Below, one piece after another: positions 15,858-34,003 of a stretch of DNA of 64,000 nucleotides. The notes under the pieces are model-generated. The model saw only the letters and a program-made list of their open reading frames with translations, was not told the DNA's origin and made no database searches. The translations under genes and the position numbers were made by a program. Where the stretch lies: the NCBI RefSeq assembly GCF_000315625.1, contig NW_005434522.1:59081-123080 (forward strand), given 5' to 3'. Source of the stretch: Guillardia theta CCMP2712 (lineage: Eukaryota > Protista > Cryptophyta). Each line of letters starts with the position of its first letter. The stretch's first letter is position 1.

Positions 15858-18800
15858 ATGTCGACCAGCTCCAACTCCAACAGCATGGGCAGGAGGAGAC
15901 ATGACACCTCTCTCCTTTCCAGAAGCGCGTTGGACAGCCCCAACCCCAGAGGAAGGTCAGCAGACCGCTACCTATCTGCCTCCTCTCTGACTTGCCTTGT
16001 CAGGGCTGTGCACACGAGTGCGTTGCTAGAGAGAATATCGCGACTGCAGTCAAGACTGAATGAGCGCGTGATGTTGGCCGGTAGATCTAGAAGAAGGATG
16101 AGAGCGTGTTGGATGACGATGATGACGCAGGCTTGGCCAACAGCTCTTCCTTTGAGCAACGACGTGAGTACAGAAGCATGCACAAGGACGCAAGAGATCT
16201 ATTCATCCACACCAGAAGGTAATGCCAACAAGTTCCGCATCGTCTGCTCTGATCGTTCCTCTAGCCCCAGCAAAGCCGGGGACAGCAACAAGATCTTCAG
16301 CTCTCAGTCCAGCAGGTCGGTCAGTTGCCTCGTCCCCGTGAATCTCATGCCTCGAGCAGGTCCAACTCGGAGGATTCCAACGATCTCGACACGGAGGTGC
16401 AAGGTGAGCTGAGCTGACCGTCTGCCCTCGCGCTCCTCTCACTCCACCTCAGTGTTGGCGGGCCGCGTCGCTGAGCTCGAGCAGAAGCTGAAGCAGTCAC
16501 AAGTGATGTTGTTGCTGCTTGCGTCATGGGTTGAGAAGTCTGCAGGAAGACAACCTGGTTCTCAGAGCGAGAGGCGAGTACCTGGAACAACAGCTGGCGC
16601 TGGTAAGCGCAGGCGTGGGTGGGGGCAGGCGATGACTGTCTGAGAAGGAGAACCTGAGGCAGCACAAGTCGGACGCGCTCGAGTGAGGGATAGACGTTGA
16701 GTTGGTGCGACTGACTTGGGTTAGGGACATGTCGCACACTGACCTCAACTACAACACCTCTCAGTCCTCCTGCTGCGATGGTTGTTGACACCATGTTTCT
16801 TGCTCGTCATGTCTGCGTGACTTGCTACTTTCAGATCCCATGGTGAAGCGCAATGAGAGCATCGAAAGAATTACTTTCTCAAGCGAGAATGGTCGGGATG
16901 AATATCCGTATGAATCGTTTCCAAAACAAAAAGCAAGCGCCTTGGACAGTCATGCAGACAAGCATCAAGTCTTGGTTCACTCATACAAGGAAGCGTTCCT
17001 GCAAATCAGCGAAGTGCTGCTCGGATCTTTCAGTCGCGACGAGATGACAGTAGAAGACCTTCTGGACTCAGAGAAGATAGAAGTGTTGAAAGACAAGATC
17101 TTGGAACAATTCAGAAAGCAACGACAGTCTTTGTATGATGCGAGGACTGAAGTCCAGTCAACCTTGAGCAAAATACGAAAGTTTGAGACCAAGATCAAGA
17201 GTATGGGCAAGGGGAGGGGGAGGGGGGCGTGCGGGTTGATGCGTCTTGTCTAGGCGACTCCAAGGCGATGGAGGAACTGAACTCGTTGAAGACATCGCAC
17301 TTGGAGCAGTCGCTGACCATCCAGCAACTACAACAAGAGGTTGAGATCCCTTCCTCTTCCACTGCTCACCTGCTCCTACAGTTGCACAAGAGCGACGCGT
17401 TGCTGCACGAGGCTGATCTCAAAAACAAGGCCGTGCAAGCTGAAGGTACAAGAGGACGCAGGAGGAGGAGGAGAAGGAGGCTGAAGGAGCTCCTGCAGTC
17501 TCGCTGCTGCAAGGCAGAGTGAAGTTCCTGACAAACCAGTTGGAGACGAAGAAGAGTCAAGGGGAGGGCGAGGAGGAGGAAGAGGAGGAAAAGGCGCTCG
17601 CCTTGGAAGAAGGTGCCAGCAGAGAAGGAGGGACGCGCGGGCCTAACAGCAGAGACTGGCAGACTGTCTGGATGACCGGGATGAGGTCAAGAAGCAGGAC
17701 CTCGAGGTCGGCGGCGTCCTTGGCATTGGCGCCTTCGCAGAGGTGGGGAAGGGACGGAGGGAGGGAGGCGAGGAAGGAAGGCAGGCAAGGGACGGAGGGA
17801 GTGGAGTGGAGTGGAGTGGAGGGAGGGAGGGGAGAAAGCCAGGATGGGAGGAAGGGAGGGAGCCTGACGTCGCTCAGGTCTACATGGGCTGGTGGCGCCG
17901 GCCAGTGGCGATCAAGAGGTTTCGCAACCTGATCCGGCAGGAGCAGCTGGATGCGTTCGCCCGCGAGACTAAGATCTTGCGATCGCTGGACCATCAGGTA
18001 GCCGCTCGAGGAGGGAGAGGAAGGGGAGGAGGAGGTAAAGGTCCTCTTAGAGGGAGGTGATGACGGCATGGCAGGGCATCACGCGGTTCTACGGGGTGCT
18101 GACAGACCTGCCGGACCAGCATCTCATCCTCGAGTGCGTGATCGGAAGAAGCTTCCACCAGATGTGCCATGACGGTCCTGAAGACCCTCTCCTCCTCCCC
18201 TCCCTCTCCCTCCTCTACCTCCTCCTCTACCTCCTCCTCTCCTCTCCTCCTCCCTCCTCACCCTTCTCCTCTCTCTCTCCTACCTGCTCCTCTCCCTGCT
18301 CGCCTTGATTACTCGCTCACGTTGTTTGCAGACAAGCATGTGCCGTTGGAGGAGGATACGGTGCTGGGGCTGAGCTTGTAAGCGAGGAGGAGACGCCTGC
18401 CTGCCTGACATCCTGCCCCAGACAACTCGCCAACATCATGAGCTACGTGCACTCCAAGAAGGTGCGAGGCTGCGGCTGCCGTGACCTCGTTGACGCGCTT
18501 GCAGATCGTTCACCGCGACCTGAAGCCCTCCAACGTGCTCGTCAACGAGGCTGGGCAGGTGGTTGAGGGTTGAGGGTCAAGGCGGGTCGGGTGACGCCAT
18601 GCAGGTCAAGCTGATCGACTTCGGGCTGGCGCACGCCGGAGATCACTCGAAGATCGACAAGAAGAACATCGTCGCTGGTGAGAACCTGCTGGGGGTTTCG
18701 CATGTTTGACAAGCGACAGGGACGCCCGTATACCTGCCGCCTGAAGTTCTGCGAGAAGAGCGAGTAAGACAAGGAGCTGCAGGGACGAGGACGGGCTGAC

Positions 18801-19284
18801 GAGGCAGCAGGTGACGCACAAGCTTGACGTCTACTCGTTCGCCATCATCCTCTGGGAGATGCTCTCCCGCGAGCTGCCATACAACGGGCTGACCTTCCAG
18901 GAGATGGTGAGACGCTGAGAAGCTCGAGGACCCGTCTGACTCATACTCAGGTCACTGGCGTGAGCAAGAACCACCTCCGTCCTCCTATCCCACAACATGC
19001 TCGAACAGTAAGCTTCTCTCCTCCTCCTCTCCCTCGCTTATATTGCTCCCACTCTCTCCCTCCTCTCCCTCGCTTTCCCTACTCTCTCCTTGTCCTGGTC
19101 TCCGGACTCGTCAGCTTCTGATGCTCTGCTGCAGGAGGTCGCGGATCTGATCTCCAGGTGCTGGGCAGACGGGGCGGAGGAGAGGCCGGACTTCTGCTCG
19201 GTCAGCGAGAGTCTCCTCGCCATGGGAGCCCCCGAGCTGCCGTCGGTCCAGCGAGCCCAATACCTGAGCATCCAGGCGATGTGA
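15858..19284 (+). CDS. Tyrosine-kinase-like (TKL) Ser/Thr protein kinase with coiled-coil N-terminus (multi-exon)
   Basis: LGIGAFAEVY, VAIKRF, HRDLKPSNVL, KLIDFG, GTPVYLPPE, DVYSFAIILWEMLSRELPY and CW..RPDF. The N-terminal extent is uncertain; the start could be near 16840. Confidence 0.88.
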
Positions 19285-19371
19285 AGCAGTGGAAGGTCCC
19301 GAGGAGGGAGGGAGGGAGGGAGGGAGGGAGAGGAAGGAGTCTAGAGTACAAGTTGAATGAATAATCAATAA

Positions 19372-23774
<4,403 letters not shown>

Positions 23775-24776
23775 CGCTCTTACAAGTGCATGGAAGTGCC
23801 GAGCGAGACGGGGATGAGGGGGGTGGGGAATAAGACCATGAGGGGTGGTAGTAGAGTCAAGTAAAACGGGGGCGGGGGTGATGGAGGAAAAAGGGGTGGG
23901 GAATTGGAGAAGAGTGGGTAGGGGTAGTGTGCATTATAAAAAGGGGGGTAGGGCACTGATGTGAGTAATAGATGACCCTTCCCTCATCTAGTCGTTAATT
24001 CAGGAAAGAGGGGGTGGTTGTGATTAGGAACCACTACAGCTGGGGAAACGTAGGGTGATTTTCAGGGAAAACAAGGGGTGGTGATGTGGTAGGGAAAGGT
24101 GGGATAGGAGGGAATACAAGGGGTGGTGGAAACTAGATATAGGGGGTGGTAGTCATTTATGATAGGGGTGGTAAATTAGAGAAAATAAGGGGTGGGTGAA
24201 CAAGGGGATTGTGAGAGCATCTCCCCAACCCCACAGTACCATTAGATTCACTTACTATCATCACCCCCCTCTCTTACTTACCTTTCGTGTTTATTGGGGG
24301 GTACACGAAGGCTCAGAAGAGTACCAACTAGCCGGGCAGCACCGGGATGCGACTGAATCGGGCCCCGGGCCTCGGATAAAGTTGGGCCTCATCCCTCCGC
24401 GCACCCAGCCTCACAGCCATCATGCTGGCCATCATGGCTGACAAGTCATGCCGATGAAACAGAGGGAAGGAGGAGGAGGAGGAGGAGGGGGAAGGATGAG
24501 GTAATAGATAAGAACAGAAGAAAGCTAGGAGACATCATGTGTGACGAAGAGCCGAGAAGAAGGTGTCAATATGCTTCAATTCACTGTCGACATGCAACAA
24601 ATTCTTTGACGCCGTTTGCTTGCTTGCTTGGGCAGATAGGAAGTGTGATCAAAGAACCAAAGATAGACCTTACGTGTCGTGTTATAATTAAACCATCGAG
24701 GTGAATAACTGAGCTTGCAGGAATGTTGAAGCAAGCAGGCCACGCCAACTGATAGCTCCAGTTCGGACGCAGTAGG

Positions 24777-25413
24777 ATGGCAGATTCTTTGACTTCACCA
24801 GCAAAGGCTGAGGCTGATAGCGACGCAAACATGTCTGCTGAGTTGAGCTCCAAGCTTGATCTCGCCAGTCCAGCTACAGGTAGACCCACTACACGCCTGT
24901 GGAATCATACAAGGTGTAAGTTTGTCTTCTAGGCGCTGCAACTGGAAAGAAAGACGACAAAGGTATGGTGTCATTCACAATTGAGGGTGTGTGGCCATTC
25001 TGAAACTTTTCTCTCAGTCAGAATATTTGCAAAGAATGTCGGTGATGCTCCTATCTTGAAAACAACAGAATTTTCAGCCAGCGCTGCTTCGCCATTCTCG
25101 CGCGTCATTGATCACATTCAAAAGAAGATCCGGACATCCGCTGCTCACAAAGACGCTGTGGTGGTTCGTATTTGCTTTGCTTGCGTGTGTGCAAAGATGT
25201 GCTAAGGCTTCTTGTTGTCTCTTTCAAACAGCATCTGTTCATCAACCAGTCCTTCTCTCCAGCTCCAGACGAGCAACTGGGCGACCTGTACAAGGTAACA
25301 GGATCCCTTGGCGGGGTGAGCGCTCTGACAGCCCCGGCTCCTGTGCTTTCCAGTGCTTTCAGAACAATGGGAAGCTTGTTATAGATTATGCCCTCAAGGA
25401 GGCCTGGGGCTGA
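24777..25413 (+). CDS. ATG12: Ubiquitin-like autophagy protein ATG12 (5 exons)
   Basis: Spliced KVRIFAKNVGDAPILKTTEF..FSRVIDHIQKKI..HLFINQSFSPAPDEQLGDLYKCFQNNGKLVIDYALKEAWG*. The GDAPIL, F.P.PD and terminal AWG motifs are typical of ATG12. Confidence 0.92.
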
Positions 25414-26579
25414 AGGTGTCCTACCACACACTAGAGTAACTTACAGGAAGTAACCGTTCAATTGTCGTCGTTGATATCCGAGTCCTTGATCTCAGAGTAA
25501 AATCACTTGAAGGTAGTAGTGTCTCGGTCCCCTCCCGGCGAACCCTCTCGGGTTCTCTGAGATTCTAATGGAGCCCGGGGCTGAGTCCGCGGTGGCGCCG
25601 AGCGGCTAGTAGCCTGAGGCGCCCGGCGGATCATGCTGACTTCGGCGGTACGGTCGGCCCGCCGGGGCCGCACGCCCGGCGACGGGCCGGGCCGGCCCGG
25701 TTGCGTCACTGTATTGACCGTACCCTCATCTCTCCTCTTACCCATTTGACCCTCCTCCCCCAGCATAACCGATGGGCCATGGCCTGCCTGCATGGCCTGC
25801 AGCATGGCCTGCAGCATGGCCTGTATCATGGCTGCCTGGCAGGGCCAATGCAGTTCAGGTGCAGGGAGAGGAGAGAACAGGAGCAATGGAGAGGGAGGAA
25901 GAGAGAGAAGATGTAGAAGGAGGAGGAGGAGAAGAAGAAGAAGAAGGAGAAGAAGGGGAAGACGAAGAAGGGGAAGAAGAAGTGGCAGTGGGAGGAAGCG
26001 AGCAGGTTAGAAATAAGGACAGAGGGCGGGAAACAGGGAAAAGAAGTTAGGACGCCGAAGGAAGGAGGTAGAGAAAATGGCAACGAAACGTACAAGGCAT
26101 GGAAAGGGGATAGAAGACAAGGGAGGGAAGGGAGAGAGACAGGAGTCGAGGTAAAGTATCAGGGATGTGAAGTACTGGGACAGGAAAGATTGAGCGAAAT
26201 GCCGAGATGGACACAGAGCATACGATGAGAGCAAGTGGTGAGAGGATAAGCAAAGGTCATTGAAGACAACAAACAACACGAAGAGTATGATGTAGCAGAC
26301 GAGGAGAGGGACGGAAGGACAGAGCAGAAATGAGGATGTGCAGACGAAAAGGAAGGATATGAAGTGCGGAGTTTGGGGGCAACAGAAAGTTCAGCATGCG
26401 CCTACGAGAAATGGATAGATGTACAGAGGCATGCAGTGTGTGAAGCAAGATACTAGAGCATTATCTGTTCTCTCCTCGCCTGTTACTTACCAGCACCGCG
26501 TCCTTTTGGCAGTACCTGGCGGAAGCTCGTGGAAGGCAAGCATTCACTTGACAGCCTTGCGTGCAGGCAGTCAAGGGCA

Positions 26580-28551
26580 CATGAAGAAGGCAAGATGAGC
26601 TTCGTGCCTGCCTTTCTCAGCATGTGATGTGCCGAGTGAGCGAGCCTGCGGTGCGCGTGCCGAGGAGGCATGCAGAAGACAAGTCGACTTGTTTGCTGCA
26701 GGGGACCATGAAGAGGCGATCGAGATCCTAGGCGGCAGCTGGGCAAGCACGACTGAAGCTCGTTGAATGTCCGAGTTTGGCTGGGGGAAATGGACAAGAG
26801 GAGAGGAAGCAGCGGAGGTGGCGAGCGAGGGGACAGCAGGTGCGATAGGTCGCGAGGCTGGTCGCTCTTTTGACCTGCTTCCAGTCAGCCGCACTGGCAC
26901 TTGGAACTTCATCACCAAGACCGTCCCGTCGATTCCAGGTGGTCAGTGAGATGACGAGACAGAGGCTGACCTCAGCCTCCTCAGGCTTCATGTCGACCAT
27001 GGCGACTCGATGGCTTCACGACCAGGAGGAGCGGGTGAAGAAGGAGAAGGAGCAGGCGATCCAAGCCGAGATCCAAGGCATGCCCCAGCTGAGCTGTGAA
27101 CGTTTTGCCAGCTCCTGATCCTTGTGGAGCAGACCAGATCGAGAAGATCTCAGCGCTACTGCGCGATCATGATCGACCCCACCTGCGCGATGGCTCTCGA
27201 GACTTCGACACGGAGATCAAGTACCAGGTGAGCTCAGGCGACAACCCCAGCTGGAGCTCACGGGGATGCAGCTGAACCGGATCCAACAACTCCTGCATGA
27301 GACGAAAGAGTTCCAGGAGGGGCGACGAGGGGCTGGTGCTCAAGACCTGCACCGCAAAGTCCAGACGCTGGAGAAACGAGCGTCGGGACTTTCACTGCGA
27401 GACAGCCCGGCGAGGAGGAGCGACGCGAGCGACTCCGCCAAGTCGAGCAGGACGAGGAGCGACAGGAGAGCGTCGAGGTTCTCGGAGACGGACGCGGAGG
27501 AGGCGACAAGCACTGGTGAATGTCAGTCGCGCTCTCGTTCCCGTCTGAGGCAGCTCGCGGCAGGAGATGACGTGGGTGTCAAGCTGAGGCACGAGGACGA
27601 CCGGGACGATCTCAAGACTCTCTTCAGCCGAGCCCGTCACGGACGGTACAAGGAGGTCGAGGCCCTGCTGGACTCCGGTGGTCGCTACTCCCCTCCGTCT
27701 CCTTCGACTCACCCCAGCTGCTTCAGGGCTGTCGCCCGACCTGCGCGATGAGTTCGGCAACACCGTTCTCATCATAGCGGCTCAGGTAAACAACCTTCAG
27801 CTCGAAAGCTGCTGGAGGGTCTGAACCGTACTTGCAAGAACGGGAACAAGAGGATCACTAAGATCTGCTTGAGAAGGTGTGGCTAGCGCGTCCTTCCCTT
27901 CCCAGCTGACGTCTATTGCCGCAGAGGAGCGAACATCAACGCGCAGAACTTCCGTGGTCAGGTGGGTGCAGCTTGTTAGACCAGCTGGCACTGAGCTGGG
28001 GTCTTGCAGACGTCGTTACACTACTGTTACGCCTTCGGGTATATGGAGCTGGGAAGTTACCTGGAGTCAAAAGGTGAGGCTGAGCTGCCTCGATGGAAAG
28101 TGACCGGGGGGGGGCAGGGGCGAATCCTAAGATACGGAACGAGTTCGGACTAGACTGCTACGAGGTATCTCCCCCCGTCCTCCTCCTCTCTCCTCCTCCT
28201 CTCTCCTCCTCCTCCTCCTCCTCCTCCTCCTCTCTCCTCCTTCTCTCTCTTCCACGCCCAACCTTTTGTGCCCTCCTTCCCCTGCTCCTCTCCTCCTACA
28301 CCTCCGCCCCTTCTGCCTCCTCTCCTCCTCCCGGTCTTGCTGGGCTCTTGCTAGGGCAGGTCGCTGAAGTCTCGTCAGGGGATCGAACCAGCGGAAGAGC
28401 GACTGGACACGGGAGGAGCAGAGGAAGGAGGAGACAGCTCTTCCTCCCCTCTCCGATCCTCCTCTCCCCCCAACTCGTCTCCCTTCCTCTCCTCTCCTCC
28501 TCTTCGCTCTTCGGAAGCAAGCTGGAGGGATGCGGCAGCTGCTCATAGGTA
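26580..28551 (+). CDS. Ankyrin-repeat protein (multi-exon; both ends uncertain)
   Basis: LFSRARHGRYKEVEALLDSG, DEFGNTVLIIAAQNGNKRITKICLRRGANINAQN, TSLHYCYAFGYMELGSYLESKGANPKIRNEFGLDCYEG. Confidence 0.8.
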
Positions 28552-28978
28552 GCAACGTAGAGGATCGGAGAGCGAATGACAAGGCGAGCAGGATGAGGAG
28601 GCACCGGCAGCATAAGTCGAGTAGGAGGTATGTTCTTCCCCCTCAACTTCTCAACCTTCTCCTCCAGCTTATCTCTGTCTGCGTTCTCTTGCTCCTCCTC
28701 GTGTATTCCCTCCTCGTGGTCCCCCTTGCCTCCTCGTCGATCCGATGACCTGCGACGACAGGGCGCAAGAGCCTGAGGAGGAGGAGGACACACTGAGTCA
28801 GTCGAGCACGTCGGATATCACTTCGGACACATCCTCGGTAGGAAGAAGAGAGAGGGAGAGGAGGAGGAGAGAAAGGCAGAGGAGGATGAAGCGGGAAAGT
28901 GCTATGAGGTAGGGAGAAGATAAAGCGAAGAGAAGAGAGGAGGGAGGAGGGAGGAGGAGGAGGAAGAGGAGAGGAAGC

Positions 28979-30822
28979 ATGAGAGCTGAGGTCTGGCGGC
29001 AGGTCAAAGACCAAGAGATGGCTCGATCTCTCCGACTCGCTAGCAGGACGAAGGAGTCGAGGAGCGTCCGACACGCAGCGAATCTCACGGAAGCAGCACA
29101 GGATGAGGGGTATGCTAAAGGAGGAGGGAGGGAGGGGTATGCTCAAGGAGGAGGAAGAGCAGAGGAAGGGGGGGGGGGCAGGCGAAGAGGGTGAGAGAGG
29201 AGGAGGTTGTGCTAGCAACGTGACAGGGTTTCAGAATCTACGAGGATGCTGACAGTAGAAGAGCAGAAGAACAGGCACAGCAGCTTGAAAGGTAACCTTC
29301 TCCTCTTCATCCTCTCACCCTTCCCCCTCCTCCTCCTTTCTCGCTTTCGTCATACTTCGCCGCCTCATATGACATCAGGCTTGCTATGACCCTGCGGGAG
29401 CTGCAGCTGCATCGACAAGCGTCAAGCGGTCGAAGGGAGGAGAAGGAAGAGGAGGAGGCAGGGGAGGAGGAGGAGGAGGCAGAACCTGTGCCTGAAGTGA
29501 AAATTGCATGGGGAGAGGAAAGAGCAACAGCAGATGAAGAAGAGAGGGAATACTCGTTGAAGACACCCCCTGCCCGTCCTCCACCCGTTGCCCCTCAAGC
29601 AGGCAAGTCAGACTACCAGAGAACGAGCACAAGGCTGAAGAAGGCTGACGAGACACGAGCCAAGGAGAGAAGCAGAGTACAAGTATTCACTCTCTCTCTC
29701 CCCTCCCTCCTCCCTCCTGCTCTTCACTCCTCCCTCCTCCCTCCTGCTCTTCACTCCTCCCTCCTCCCTCCTCCTAACTCTTCCTAAGGTCTGCAGTGGC
29801 TCCTCCCCTGCATCTCGAGATCTTCAAGTCATCGCAGATCATTTGCAGACTTCTCCTCTCCCGTCACGATGTCTGATCCCAACCCCTCCAAGGTCTCCCT
29901 CCTCCTCCCTCCTCCTCCTCCCCCTCCTCCTCCTCCTCCTCCCCCTCCTCCTTCCCCTCCTCCTCCTCTTCCTCTCCTCACTTATCTCACTGTCTTCCCC
30001 ACCTTTCTCTCCTCTATCATCTTTCTCCGTTTCCCTCCGCCGCCTCTCTTACCTCTTGTTACTTGCTCTCTCCTTGCGTCCTTGACTTGTCTCAACTCAG
30101 AGGCCCTCCGCCTCCTCATGTTAAGCCAGTCGTCCTACCACTCAACAGCCCCCGCCCCAAGGTACTCCATCCCTCCTCTTCTCTCCTCCCCTTTCCTCCC
30201 CTTCCCTCTTCTTTCTTCTCCTCTTTCTCGCCTCCCATCTCATCACCTCTCCTCGCCTCTTCTCTCTCTTCCTCCTCTCCCTCTCCTCTGTTTTCCTCTG
30301 CTTGCTTCACCGTGCTTGCTTCATGTCATTCCGCTGTATCTCTCCATCATTTCTCGTCTTGGTTCTCTCTTGCTCTCCTGATGATACACACAGATCGTCG
30401 TATATGTGAAGGGGAGGTAAGCAAGGAGGAGGAGGAGGAGGAGGAGGAGGAGGAGGAGGAGGAGAATTTGGGGAAGAGAAGCATCGCTGACGACGATGCA
30501 GGTGCGAATGGCTGGGGAGAAAGCGAAGGATGGGGAAGGAGAGGAGAGGGAACATGACGAGAACAGGGATAAGGCTGTGAAAGGGCCTGAGGCAGCGAAG
30601 AAGGAAATCCCCGAGGAGCTCGGAAGGGTGAATCTGCTCCGACAATTTGACGAAGCGATGGAGGGAGAGGAGAGGGAGGAAGAGGAGGAAGAGGAGAAGC
30701 GGGTGGAGCAGGGGTACAAGGAGGAGAAGGAGGAGGAGGAGGAGGAGGAGGAGGAGAGTCATACTCCTGAGGAGCTCGCCAGCTCACGTGACACGGCAAG
30801 ACGGGAGAAAATTCACCTATGA
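28979..30822 (+). CDS. Acidic low-complexity hypothetical protein, possibly 3' exons of the ankyrin gene
   Basis: Exon-like E/K/R-rich segments (29386-29680, 30496-30822) bounded by GT/AG sites. No recognisable domain. Confidence 0.3.
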
Positions 30823-31045
30823 TTCAAACCCTTCCCTTCCTGCTCCTCCCTCCCTCTGCTCCCTCCATCTCTCCCTCCTCCCCTCCCTCTGTTCCCTCCA
30901 TCTTTCCCTCCTCCCCTCCCTCTGTTCCCTCCATCTCTCCCTCCTCCCCTCCCTCCGCGTCTTCCGTTATCCTCATCTCGTCTATCCGGTTGTTTATGTT
31001 GCATGTCATGTCATGTTTGTATATAAAGTTAGCAGAGCCGGCAAC

Positions 31046-31512
31046 TCACTTGAGGGCTGTGCGAGCAGACGAGGCAGCGAAAAGGAAGGCGAAGCCCGAG
31101 AGAAGATAAGCGAGAGAGACGACGATGGCGATGGAGATGCCTGAGATGAGAGAGGCAGGAAGAGGAGCAGGAGGAAGGGCGGGAAGAGGTGGAGGTGGAG
31201 GAGGAGGGGCGGGAAGAGGTGGTGGAGGAGGAGGAGGGGCGGGAGGAGGAGGAGGGAGTCAGTCAGCGAGAGAGGCGAGCAGGGAGAGGCACCGAGATCA
31301 AGACGCGAGGAGAGAAACCCGATGAGCACCGGCGTCAAGTTGCCGACGAGGGTGAGCATGGAGAACATGCCCTGCGATACCCCGCGAACACTGACGAGCA
31401 AGAGACTTCACAGGAAGGAAGCAGCTGAAGCGGTCCAGGGAGCAGAGAGCAGAGAAGGAATTAAGAGCAGGGCAGGGGCGAGGGGGGCGAGGGAGGAGGA
31501 GGAGGACGACGA

Positions 31513-31552
<40 letters not shown>

Positions 31553-33948
31553 GACGAGGAANNNNNNNNNNNNNNNNNNNNNNNNNNNNNNNNNNNNNNN
31601 NNNNNNNNNNNNNNNNNNNNNNNNNNNNNNNNNNNNNNNNNNNNNNNNNNNNNNNNNNNNNAGAAGGCAACGAGATGGTTTCCAGCACGAGGATGGAGTC
31701 GAATTGTTTGCCTACCAACAACCTGCGACTCTTGTCGCTCTTCGCTACCCTGCACATGATTTAGCAACTTCTATTCCTCCTCTCCTGCTGCTCTGCCTGT
31801 CTGCGATGAGCCCTCCTGCAATCGAGGAAGCACACCCTCCTGTCGTGATGATCATTCCTCCCCTCCTCTCCTGCCGCCTCTCCCTCCCCTCACTCAGCAC
31901 TCAATCTCCTCCCTCCCCTTCCTCCCTCTCTCCCCTCCCCTCCCTCCCTCGCTCCCTCGCTCCCTCGCTCCCTCGCTCCCTCGCTCCCTCTCTCTCTCCC
32001 CCTCCTTATCTTACCGATAGAGATTATCAAGGCATTGATGGCAGCGAACTCAGCCTGCAGACTTCACATCATCTCCTCTTCTCCCTCCCCTCCCCTTCTC
32101 CCTCCTCGCTCTCATTCACCTGATAGGAGGAGAACTTGGCTCGCAGGAATGGAGCGCACCAGACGCCAATGCCGAAGCCCGCGGCGAATCTCAGAGCAGA
32201 GGCTGAGGAGAGTGAGAGAGGACAGAGAACAACGAGAGCAAGCGAAGACTGGCGACAGAACCAGCTAAAGGCATCCAGTGGTGAAGATAAAGGAACAGAA
32301 GGAACGAGAACGAGCAGGGAGGAGGAGGAGGAGGAGGAGGAGGAGGAGGAGGAGGAGGAGGAGGAGGAGGAGGACGAGGAGGAGGACGAGGAGGAGGACG
32401 AGGAGGAGGAGGGGGGGAAGAGGAGGACCTGATAGTAGCATGATCACTCCTGGGGAGTTGAGGACGGTGGCTGCTGATTTCATCGCGCTCGAGAGACTCT
32501 CGGAGGAGCTGAGGGGTTCAAGAGGTTTGCGAGATTCTCTGACAAGCCACGTGACCACTCTGACAAGCCACGTGACCACTCGTTCTCTCCTCCTCGTGAC
32601 CACTCGTTCTCTCCTCCTCGTGACCACTCGTTCTCTCCTCCTCGTGACCACTCGTGCTCTCCTCCTCTTTCTCTTGCCCTTCATCCTCACCGTACGGAGA
32701 AACTAGTCAGAAGTGCGAGAAGCAGACCAACAATCGCCAAGCTGGTGAAGGAAAGCCTGCGAAGACATGCCATTGAGAGTGGGAGAGAGAGAGAGAGGGG
32801 AGAGGGGGAGGGGGAGGGGAGAGGGGGAGAGGAAGGGGAGAGGGGGAGAGGGGGAGAGGGAGGGGAGAGGGAGGGGAGAGGGAGAGGGAGAGGGAGAGGG
32901 AGAGGGAGAGGGAGAGGGAGAGGGAGAGGGAGAGGGAGAGGAGAGGGGAGAAGGTGAAGTAGTCTTCCTTTCCTCCAGCCCAGATGAGAGTTAACGAACA
33001 TTGACAACGAGGCCAGAGCTGACAGAGGGCACAACGAGGAGAAAAATCAGAAAAGCGAAAGTGAGAGAGGAGGAGGAAGAAGAGAGTGTGTATGAATGGA
33101 ATGGAATAGAATCAAACCCCAAGAAGAGGAGAGGAAGGGAAATCACCGGCTCCCACATAAACGCCAGAAGTGTAGATGGAAATCGCGGTGGAGAGAGAAG
33201 AGGGAGGAAATCTATCCGTGAGGAGGGAGAGGCACTGGAAGCAACGAGACGTCAGAGACCGACGACAGGAGCAACCAAGAAGAGGAGGGAGGCGAGGTAG
33301 CAGAGCATGCGATGGAGCAGCGAACATGCAGCGGAGGACGCGGACGAGCATGAGAGGACCTGAGGGCCGGTGAAGGCCATGGCGAGACCTTGCAGGAGCC
33401 TTGGGAGAGGATGAGCTCGGAGCGACGAACAAAGCAAGACGAGAGAGATTCGAGAAGAGGAAGCGAGAGAGAAGCAGGAGCAGGAGCAGGAGCAAGTGCT
33501 GCTAATGCAGTTGCTGAACAATAATGGGGAGGCGAAAGGAGGGGCAAAGGGAGGGGGGCGAGCAGCTGGAAATGGAGCAGAAGAACCTGCAGGCTAAGAC
33601 AGAAAGAAAGCCTTGACTCCACTGTGCCTGCAAAACCAAATGAGAAAAGAGAAGACAAGAAGAAACGAAGACAAGAAGACAAGACAAGACGACAAGACAA
33701 GAAAGGAACGAAGACTAGACAACAAGACAAGAAGAAATGAAGACAAGACAACAAGACAAGGCAAGACAAGAAGAAATGAAGAGAAGACGAGTACAAGGCA
33801 GGGGCGATGACATACCTGCACGAGGAGAGCGAAGGACCAGAGGAAGATGGAGACAGAGAGCGTTTTGCCCCGATCAACGGTGTCGGCAACCCTCCCGGCA
33901 ATCAATGAAGCAAACTGACAAATGATGAGGATGAGGAGCAGGAGCAGA

Positions 33949-34003
<55 letters not shown>

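Noticed and set aside
17201-17253. Apparent GC-AG intron in the kinase gene
   Set aside because: A canonical GT donor six bases upstream gives the same phase.
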